Notes under the pieces: generated by a model
The model's input: only the letters and a program-made list of their open reading frames with translations
Databases searched by the model: none
What the model was told of the DNA's origin: nothing
Shown here: one piece after another, positions 1 through 6,683 of the stretch
How positions within the stretch are numbered: the stretch's first letter is position 1
Layout: every line of letters starts with the position of its first letter
Translations under genes and position numbers: made by a program
Assembly (NCBI RefSeq): GCF_006345805.1
Contig: NW_021829252.1
Location: forward strand, 1-6,683
DNA: 6,683 nucleotides
DNA from: Octopus sinensis
Lineage: Eukaryota
Reading direction: 5' to 3'

Positions 1-4
1 GACG

Positions 5-247
5 GTTTTCTTCATCAGCCGTAGACTGCACTTCTATGGTTTCTGTACATTTAACAACAGGACCGCTCTTTTCAGTATGTATGCAGATTTAGAAGAAGAA
101 AAATCTTACTAGGGAATGTTGTAGAGAAGAGAGAACGGCAATAAAAGATTGAGGCAACAGAAAGTGAGGGAAGTTCTGTTTACGGTATCACAAGGCCAAC
201 TTAAAGCAGAGGGAAATTTACGCAAGATATTGTGTACAGCACATTTT
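5..247 (+). repeat. Tandem duplication unit 1 (56-nt block copy 1 plus ~190 nt downstream)
   Basis: Collinear with 417-648. Shared anchors include tcatcag, atggtttctgtacatttaacaac, agggaatg, tagagaagaga, aaaagattg, tctgtttac and tacagcacatttt. Donor-like TCA|GTATGT at 75-80. The unit may extend left of the window. Confidence 0.85.
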
Positions 248-256
248 ATTTACTTT

Positions 257-363
257 TGTGTGTGTGGTGTGCGTGCAAGTGCAAGTGTGTGTGTGTGTGT
301 GTGGAGAGTGAGCGAGAGAGAAGAGAGGAGAAAGAAGGAGAAGGAGAAAGAGAGAGAGAGAGA
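257..363. repeat. Compound (GT)n then (GA)n/purine-rich microsatellite
   Basis: Directly visible. Confidence 0.95.
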
Positions 364-394
364 GTGGGGAAATGATAGGACATGTGAGAGCAGC

Positions 395-425
395 TATATA
401 GAACACTAATTGACTCTCATCAGTT
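395..425 (+). promoter_or_regulatory. Possible TATA plus initiator core promoter at the start of duplication unit 2
   Basis: TATATAGA at 395-402 and TCAGTT (matches the arthropod-type Inr TCAGTY) at 420-425. The 27-nt spacing is slightly short and there is no equivalent TATA before copy 3. Confidence 0.22.
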
Positions 426-648
426 GTAAACCGTACTTCCATGGTTTCTGTACATTTAACAACTGCATCGCTACTTTCATTATGCATGTAGATTTGAAGA
501 AATGTTTTACAAGGGAATGATATAGAGAAGAGATTACAACAAAAGATTGGTACGATAAAACATAGCAAAGTCTGTTTACTCTTTCATGAGCCAAGGTTAT
601 ATCAAGCATAAAAATTATTTACGAAAAATATTGAGTACAGCACATTTT
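417..648 (+). repeat. Tandem duplication unit 2 (56-nt block copy 2 plus downstream sequence)
   Basis: 42/49 identical to 12-60 in the block and roughly 65-70% by eye downstream. The GTATGT of unit 1 reads TTATGC here. Confidence 0.85.
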
Positions 649-734
649 GCGGCTGCGTTTGCATGATACAGTGTGTGCGCACGCATACACAAATTATTGA
701 CTCTGAGCAGAGAGAAAATTCGCTTTGGAACCAT

Positions 735-806
735 TGTGGTTGAGAAGATTGCTCCCCAACCATGAGGTCTTGATTCATATCGACTGCATAGCACCCTGAG
801 CAGGTG
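735..806 (+). mobile_element. Diverged 5' (tRNA-like head) fragment of the same SINE family
   Basis: About 48/72 identical to the reverse complement of 1298-1368 with one gap. Confidence 0.7.
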
Positions 807-977
807 CAAATACACCAAGTCAGTTCCAAGCGCTCTCAACCCAGATATTTCGGAGTAGTTATTTGCACTGCCAACGAGTTTATATTTAAACACATCTTTG
901 TTTAGCGGGTCTAATTCTTCGTTTATTTCGGCCGAGCCGTTGATTAGCTCAACCAGTTACAGTACACTGAGTGGAAT

Positions 978-1386
978 ATTTTTTTCTTTTACTTGTTTCA
1001 GTCATTTGACTGAGGCTATGCTGGAGCACAGCCTTTTTAGTCGAGCAAATCGACCCCAGGACTTATTCTTTGTAAGCCTAGTACTTATTCTATCGGTCTC
1101 TTTTTGCCGAACCGCTAAGTTACGGGGACGTAAACACACCAGCATCGGTTGTCAAGCGATGTTGGAGGGACACGCACAGACACACAAACATATACTCAAA
1201 CATATATATATATACATATATACGACGGGCTTCTTTCAGTTTCCGTCTACCAAATCCACTCACAAGGCTTTGGTCGGCTTGAGGCTAAAGTAGAAGACAC
1301 TTGCTCAAGGTGCCACACAGTGAGACTGAACTCGGATCATGTGGTTGGTAAGCAAGCTACTTACCACACAGCCACTGCTGCGCCTA
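978..1386 (-). mobile_element. Full-length tRNA-derived SINE of octopus type (OK/OR-like; subfamily not assigned)
   Basis: The minus strand starts GGCGCAGCAGTGGCTGTGTGG with an A box (1364-1374) and a B-box-like GAGTTCAGTCTC (1322-1333). Next come a CORE-like CACCTTGAGCAAGTGTC, an internal TA/TG microsatellite, a conserved body (CGCTTGACAACCGATGCTGG...GAGACCGATAGAATAAGTACTAGG) and the tail TGACTGAAACAAGTAAAAGAAAAA. The body is repeated at 3074-3154. Family recognised from memory. Confidence 0.9.
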
Positions 1387-1528
1387 AGAGAAATTTAATT
1401 TTTTGTCAGTTAGTAGCGCTTCCCCTCTTGAGTATCTGAGGCTGAAAAGGAGATGACTATTCCAAAATGCATGCATCTATCAGTCTGAATGAGGGGCGCT
1501 TCGAACTGACTTTGTTCGCTTACATTAA

Positions 1529-1584
1529 GTTTTCTGCATCAACCGTAGACTGCATTTCCACAGTTTCTGTTCATTTAACAACAG
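1529..1584 (+). repeat. Conserved ~56-nt block, copy 3 (putative 5' UTR/first exon of the peptide gene)
   Basis: 49/56 identical to 5-60 without gaps; ends 3 nt before the ATG at 1588. Confidence 0.85.
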
Positions 1585-1587
1585 TGA

Positions 1588-1688
1588 ATGGCTTTTGGTA
1601 CGGGTTTTCATATGGCCGAAGCATACTGGAACTAGCTACAAGTTGATATACATACATAAGCACACACACGCATGCGCGCACACACACA

Positions 1689-1719
<31 letters not shown>

Positions 1720-2002
1720 CACGTGATTTGAATGTTATTACTAAAAGGTCAAGCGACCATATGACAGGATCCTTCGTTATTTCCTTGGGCACGGAGAGAG
1801 GTCAGAGTCAGTTTGTACTTCACGTCTCTTTTCAGAATTATTTGCAATCCTGATAATGTTATCGCTTTCATGTCTGCGAAAGACAGCAGTTGCTGCTGAG
1901 CTCCCTTCTCCACAGCAAATAACAACGCCTCAGTATCGTTATCTGAACCTCATACAACCACGACTGATTTCAAAACTTCGGCCTCATTCCTTACGTAGCT
2001 AA
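1588..2002 (+). CDS. Candidate two-exon small secreted peptide precursor, join(1588..1597,1836..2002), 58 aa: MAFELFAILIMLSLSCLRKTAVAAELPSPQQITTPQYRYLNLIQPRLISKLRPHSLRS*
   Basis: ATG GCT TTT G|GTACGG (phase-1 donor at 1598) joins in frame to a strong acceptor tttgtacttcacgtctcttttcAG|AA (AG at 1834-1835), forming a GAA codon. The frame stays open for 54 more codons to TAA at 2000-2002. The N-terminus is hydrophobic (LFAILIMLSLSCL) with an A-V-A/V-A-A cleavage motif at residues 21-24. A poly(A) signal follows. No homolog recognised. Confidence 0.62.
1598..1835 (+). other. Candidate 238-nt GT-AG intron (phase 1) containing a (CA)n microsatellite
   Basis: Donor TTG|GTACGG; pyrimidine-rich acceptor tacttcacgtctcttttcAG; the phases of the two exons match. 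Confidence 0.58.
1661..1721. repeat. (CA)n microsatellite inside the candidate intron
   Basis: Directly visible. Confidence 0.97.
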
Positions 2003-2041
2003 ATATCATCTGTCTACGTCTTCATTGATTTTAATATTTTC

Positions 2042-2104
2042 ATTAAACGCTGTAAATATTAAAAGAACACTTTCCGAACTATTGCAGCCATCTTGTGTTC
2101 TTGT
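2042..2104 (+). terminator. Candidate polyadenylation region of the peptide gene
   Basis: ATTAAA at 2042-2047 and 2058-2063, CA at 2089-2090, then the GU/U-rich TCTTGTGTTCTTGT at 2091-2104, all 40-100 nt after the stop codon. Confidence 0.45.
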
Positions 2105-2472
2105 AATGAATAATTCAAAAGGCCATACATAGGAGTCAGCAAAGACACGGTAAATGTGTTGTACATGATACGAGTGCTATATGGTAAGAAACTGCTACGC
2201 ACGCTCTTATTATTTTTTTTCTTTACTATAACCTTGTAAAGGTATTAATTTCTTGCCCTCACCTTACTAAGGGATCCATCATGTATGACATTTTCATCTT
2301 GCTTCATATGCATTACTTGTGCTTGAGAAATGGTTGCTGTGTAAGAGTGAAGTGTCAGACTGTTCATGTTTAGATTTTCTTCGTAGGGCACTAGGTTTCT
2401 TCGTTTAATCGTCATAAATATACATTCGGATGCCAGTGAGCTATAGGGTGATGCGATCCAATTACTTATTGA

Positions 2473-2545
2473 TGTGCGTATGCATGTGTGTGTGTATGTG
2501 TGTGTGTGTATGCGCGGGCTTCGAGCGTGTGTGTGTAGTGTGTAT
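2473..2545. repeat. Imperfect (TG)n microsatellite
   Basis: Directly visible. Confidence 0.85.
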
Positions 2546-2652
2546 GCACGGAGAGATGGGTGGATGCATCAATGCCTTTGTCTGAGTACGCATGTATTTA
2601 TCTCCGTCTGCCGTCTGTAGCCTGTCGTTCTCTGTCTGCTCCCATTTTTGTC

Positions 2653-2930
2653 TATGTATGTATGTATACGTGTATATGTAAATATAAGTGGGTATATATG
2701 TAAATACGTATGTATGTATTGTATGTTTACAGACATATATAAATATGTAAATGTGTGTGTGTATATGTATATATATATATATATGCATACATTTATGTAT
2801 ATGTACATGTATATATTCATATGCCTGTATATGTATGTATGGTAAGTATATATATATATATAAATATGTGTATATGTGTATATATGTATATCTTGCTATT
2901 TATGTATTTATGTGTATATATATCTCTATC

Positions 2931-3012
<82 letters not shown>
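2653..3012. repeat. Compound (TATG)/(TA)/(TG) low-complexity tract ending in (TATC)n at about 2927-3012
   Basis: Directly visible; runs into the SINE 3' half. Confidence 0.97.
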
Positions 3013-3030
3013 CATCCATCCGTTTATCCC

Positions 3031-3310
3031 TGTGTTTGCTTGTGTGTCTTTGTGCTTGTATTTCTCCCACCACCGCTTGACAACCGAAGTTGGTTTGTTT
3101 ACGTCTCCGTAACTTAGCGGTTCGGCAACAGAGACCGACAGAATAAATACTAGGATTAGGAGGAAAAAATTCTGGAGTTAATTTGTTCTGGAACTTTCTT
3201 CTAGAAACTTATGATTTAGAAACTTTATTCTAGAAACGATTTGTGCTAGAAGCTTCAAGGTCGTGACCCAGCATGACTGCAGCCTATTGACAGAAAGAAT
3301 TAATAAATAG
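3031..3310 (+). mobile_element. 3' half of the same SINE family, inverted relative to 978-1386, with an internal short tandem expansion
   Basis: 3074-3154 differs from the reverse complement of 1077-1158 at 8 of 82 positions. The tail aagg..gtg..ccagcat..cag..tgac.gaaa at 3257-3296 is collinear with the tail of the full copy. Confidence 0.88.
3186..3252 (+). repeat. Imperfect 13-17-bp tandem repeat (CTAGAAACTT-like, about 5 units) inside the SINE, containing HSE-like motifs
   Basis: Units: ttctggaacttt / cttctagaaacttatga / tttagaaacttta / ttctagaaacgatttg / tgctagaagctt. Absent from the full-length copy. Confidence 0.6.
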
Positions 3311-3945
3311 ATGATATTTATATAAATACGTATGAACATATATATGCATATATAAATATAGGTTATATCTAAAATTAAGGATTAGATAAGAGTCTTTAAA
3401 ATGTAGTATCCAAACCTTCTTTTGGGTACGTCCGTAGTAGTGTGACTTGAGAGCGCGTTCACCACATACGACTTACAGGCATCATCCGCGGTACTTGCAG
3501 TTGCGTCGCAGGATCTACGTAAAGAATTCCTCGGCGCACGTTATATGTATTTTAAATAATTTTTAAAGAGCGACAGAGTGTATTTTATCTAGCACGATGA
3601 TCGATTCGTCTTACGTCTACACTGCCCCTTAGTGGTTGGAGAACGATTTAATGGAATTAAAAGTACCCCCAAAAGCAGAAGAAACCTCACCGGGTTACAT
3701 AATAAGTTACAGTGTTATTATATGTACATTTCGCTACTGTGTGTGGAAGAATGCTTGCATTTATATTGGTTCGCAAATGCATTAATGAACGAGGATGTTT
3801 GGTACGTTTTCGAGATGTGGTAGGTAAAAGCTGCGGAGAATCAAATATAAAGAATAAATGGGAAGGTCAGAATTGCCTTTGAATGAATATCGCTCAAAAG
3901 GTTGTGGTGTTCGATTGCATTATGTCGTTCCTCACCCACAAAGGT

Positions 3946-3985
3946 GCACCCAAGGGAGCAGTGCAAGCCGAAACGATCGTCGTGC
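3946..3985 (+). ncRNA. Minimal type-I hammerhead-like motif A with a degenerate core
   Basis: Stem I GCAC/GTGC; core position reads CCAAGGG-A; short stem II GC/GC; GAAA; stem III AC-GATC-GT with a palindromic loop; GUC cleavage triplet at 3979-3981. Confidence 0.45.
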
Positions 3986-4063
3986 TAAATAAAGCTTGCA
4001 GTACACTCTCTCTTCCCAATATATTTTTTCTCTCTTTGTTTCTCTCCTTGTTTTTTCTGTGTC

Positions 4064-4101
4064 TCTTTCTGTAGAAGAGAGTAGGCTCGAAACGTAAAAG
4101 A
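4064..4101 (+). ncRNA. Minimal type-I hammerhead-like motif B
   Basis: Stem I TCTTT/AAAGA; core CTGTAGA-A; stem II GAG-agtagg-CTC; GAAA; palindromic ACGT mini stem III; GUA triplet at 4094-4096. Confidence 0.55.
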
Positions 4102-4187
4102 CTTATTCTATTCCTGAGCGTTATACTAATACATCTGTTTGTTTTGTACACCACCTGTCTTCATCTTTTGTTTTTTTCGTAAACTCT

Positions 4188-4190
<3 letters not shown>

Positions 4191-4224
<34 letters not shown>
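4191..4224. repeat. (TA)n microsatellite
   Basis: Perfect TA run. Confidence 0.98.
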
Positions 4225-4228
<4 letters not shown>

Positions 4229-4388
4229 TAAAGATATTAAGATTGTGTGTGTTTGATTATGTATGCATAATTGAGCGTAGGTATATGTGTGCTTATGTGT
4301 GTATAAACATTCTCAGGTAAACATTTCTACATAGTCTCTATTAGTCTCAAGTAGGTGAAGAGAAACAGACGAGTGTGCAGTCGTGAGA

Positions 4389-4449
4389 GTGTATGTATGT
4401 ATGTATGCTTGTATGTATGTATGTATCTGTTTGTCTGTCTGCCTGTCTG

Positions 4450-4502
<53 letters not shown>

Positions 4503-4503
4503 A
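4389..4503. repeat. Compound (TATG)n-(TGTC)n-(TATC)n microsatellite
   Basis: Directly visible. Confidence 0.97.
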
Positions 4504-4685
4504 CACATACTCATACTCTCTCGCCTACAGAGAAAGAAATACAGAACTACACATATATCTACATACATATATTCATGTGTATAGATACGTTGGAGTGAGC
4601 GTGTGTATAAATAAGTGTATATTTGTACATCAACATGTTTTATGCTTTTCACTTTCGGGTGGGATCACGTGTTCCCAAACACTCG

Positions 4686-4735
4686 CACACACACACACAC
4701 ACACAGACACAGACACAGGCACAGACACAGGCACA

Positions 4736-4778
<43 letters not shown>

Positions 4779-4819
4779 ACACGCCCTCTCTCTCTCTCTC
4801 ACTCTCTCTCACACACTCT
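4686..4819. repeat. Compound (CA)n-(CACAGA/G)n-(CA)n-(CT)n microsatellite
   Basis: Directly visible. Confidence 0.97.
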
Positions 4820-4920
4820 CTAACAGAAACACACTCATATGACGTTTTGACCAAATAACGAATGCACGCGCACATCAACAAACATACACTCACATGGTGT
4901 TTTGAACAAACAACGACGAA

Positions 4921-5195
4921 TACACACACACACATTTACACACCACACACACACACACACATACACACACATACACACACATACAAATAATGCAAATACA
5001 GAACAGCAGAAATAGTAAATAAATGAATACGAAACAAAAGACATAAAAAGCAAATAAAAGAAACATAAGTGGAATGAATAATGAAAGAAAACAAAACAAA
5101 ACAAAACAAAGCAAAACTTCAAACAAGAAAACAAGGCCAAAAAAAAAACAAAAAACAAACAAGGAAATAATGAATAAAAACACTAAAACAAACCA
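4921..5195. repeat. (CA)n followed by an A-rich/(AAAAC)n low-complexity tract
   Basis: Directly visible. Confidence 0.9.
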
Positions 5196-5288
5196 ACCTG
5201 TGCAAACTCTGAAGATAGATTTGAAGTAAAGACAGAATGAAAGAATCAATTGTTTGTCAAACCTGATAATTGTGCTTGTGAAATATAC

Positions 5289-5313
5289 AAATAATAATAA
5301 TAACAATAATAAC

Positions 5314-5371
<58 letters not shown>

Positions 5372-5772
5372 TATCATCAATAATAATAATAATAATAATA
5401 TAATAATACTAATAATAATATCATCATATAAACAATAATAACAATAATATCCGAATAATAATAATATAATAATAATAAAATAGATAATAAAATAATAATC
5501 ATAATAAAATAATAATAATAATAATAATAATTCATCAATAATAACGATAATACAATAATAATAATACTAATATAATAATAATAATAATAATAAAATAATA
5601 ATAATAATAATAATATAAAGAATAATAATAATATCATCAATAATAACATAATAACAATAATAATATAATAAATAAAATAATAATATAATAATAATAATAA
5701 TATAATAAGAATACTAATAATATAATAATAATAATAATATCATCAATAATAACAATAATAACAATAATAATA

Positions 5773-5812
<40 letters not shown>

Positions 5813-5910
5813 AATAATAAATAATAATAATATAATATAATAATAATGATATGTGATGATGATGATGATGATGAAGTTAATAATAAGCATAATAATGATA
5901 AATAATATTA
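5289..5910. repeat. Long imperfect (AAT)n tract with a (GAT)n patch near 5853-5873
   Basis: Directly visible; about 600 bp. Confidence 0.98.
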
Positions 5911-5984
5911 ATGAATTTTTAAAAAAAATTAGGCAAATAGTCGATGTAAAAATAAATAAGTGGTTGGAGGTAGTGGTATGTTGA

Positions 5985-6021
5985 GGTGTGTGTGTGTGTG
6001 CGTGTGTGTGTGTGTGTGTGT
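5985..6021. repeat. (GT)n microsatellite
   Basis: Directly visible. Confidence 0.97.
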
Positions 6022-6235
6022 AGGTCTGAAAGAAGAACAATGGTTTGAATGTTTTAGAAAGTTGTCGGTAGCATAGAATTTGTATGTAAATGTGTGAAGG
6101 CGCTTATGTAAGTATGTGGGCGTCTGTGTGGTGGCATGTGTGTATGACAGTTTGTGTATGAGTGTGTGTGCATGTGTATGTGCAAAGACACACATATTTA
6201 TGTACATGCAAACACATAAATATATAAATGCACGT

Positions 6236-6237
<2 letters not shown>

Positions 6238-6296
<59 letters not shown>

Positions 6297-6322
6297 GAGA
6301 GAGAGAGACTGACAGACAGACA
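6238..6322. repeat. Compound (CA)n-(TA)n-(GA)n-(GACA)n microsatellite
   Basis: Directly visible. Confidence 0.97.
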
Positions 6323-6683
6323 CAGGCATAAAATGAAGAGATGAGCCACTTATATGACCAAGCAACTTACAAAAATTATAGAAATATTATTATCTTCATC
6401 TATCGTCATCATCATCATCGTCGTTATTATTGTTAACAGTAGTAGTAATAGCAGCAGGGACAGTAATAACCAAAACAACAACTATAACAAAAAGTAGGGA
6501 GACAGAGACAAGAACTTATTCCTATAAATCCGGATCTTTTGTCTTCCACCTTCAAAGCGGACAGCAGCTCATCTACTTCCTAAAGACTTCAAACCCTTTA
6601 TGATTGATATACCTACCTTTAATTTACGCTACTCCAACCACAATGCCAGCATCCTACTGCTCACTCCAGAAATATACACTAGT

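Larger units (their letters stand above)
3946..4190 (+). mobile_element. Probable Penelope-like element terminal-repeat remnant (non-coding), abutting a (TA)n tract
   Basis: Two minimal hammerhead-like motifs, AATAAA at 3988-3993, and an end at (TA)n. Tandem minimal type-I hammerheads are an established hallmark of Penelope-like elements. No RT or GIY-YIG coding sequence is visible; the left boundary is uncertain. Confidence 0.55.

Noticed and set aside
15-39. Hairpin CCGTAG/CTATGG in block copy 1 (possible structured RNA or miRNA)
   Set aside because: Only 6 bp, and the pairing is broken rather than compensated in copies 2 and 3.
804-868. 9-bp inverted repeat GTGCAAATA/TATTTGCAC (octamer-like)
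   Set aside because: Chance-level length, and one arm overlaps a SINE fragment edge.
1298-1386. tRNA gene
   Set aside because: A and B boxes are present but there is no clean cloverleaf, and it continues into SINE body and tail, so it is a SINE head.
1524-1566. 43-nt minus-strand microexon reading of the repeated block (acAG|AAACTGTGG...CTTAAT|GTAAGC; TVEMQSTVDAENL)
   Set aside because: The acceptor lacks a pyrimidine tract, the donor is poor in copy 2, and differences between copies are mostly non-synonymous. Joining it to the 38-nt candidate at 3477-3514 gives stops in all three frames. The plus-strand leader model explains the block better, though this reading is not formally excluded.
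4020-4097. Strong-looking splice acceptor (long pyrimidine tract + TAG at 4072-4074) as partner for the donor at 3802
   Set aside because: It lies within the Penelope-like remnant and the phase-1 frame stops after about 6 codons (TAA 4095-4097).
149-6349. All ORFs in the supplied six-frame track
   Set aside because: Most are translations of microsatellites (CVCV, HTHT, YLSI, poly-I/L/Y) or run through SINE or duplicated non-coding DNA; none has a recognisable domain.
6523-6683. TATAAAT at 6523 and an ATG at 6600 open to the window end (28 codons)
   Set aside because: Too short and truncated to assess; no recognisable signal peptide or homology.
1-6683. CRISPR array, prokaryotic operon or RT/transposase coding sequence
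   Set aside because: No regularly spaced repeats with unique spacers and no such ORFs; the window has eukaryotic repeat-rich character.

Overview
Eukaryotic, AT-rich, microsatellite-dense DNA. It is most likely Octopus/coleoid cephalopod, judged from a tRNA-derived SINE that I recognise from octopus sequence (from memory, not a database search). The supplied ORF-track ORFs look like artefacts of simple repeats or of the repeats listed below. Manual reading gives five main things. (1) A candidate compact two-exon gene on the + strand, join(1588..1597,1836..2002), encoding a 58-aa protein with a signal peptide and a Cys-free, Pro/Arg-rich mature peptide, followed by a poly(A) signal and GU-rich element. 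The ORF track misses it. (2) Its ~56-nt leader occurs three times (5-60, 417-465, 1529-1584); the first two copies lie in a diverged ~240-bp tandem duplication. (3) One full-length SINE and two partial SINEs; the 3' half at 3031-3310 carries an internal expansion with heat-shock-element-like motifs. (4) A probable Penelope-like terminal remnant (3946-4190) with two minimal type-I hammerhead-ribozyme-like folds whose catalytic cores are non-canonical. (5) Roughly a third of the window is simple repeats, including a ~600-bp (AAT)n tract with a ~105-bp higher-order period.
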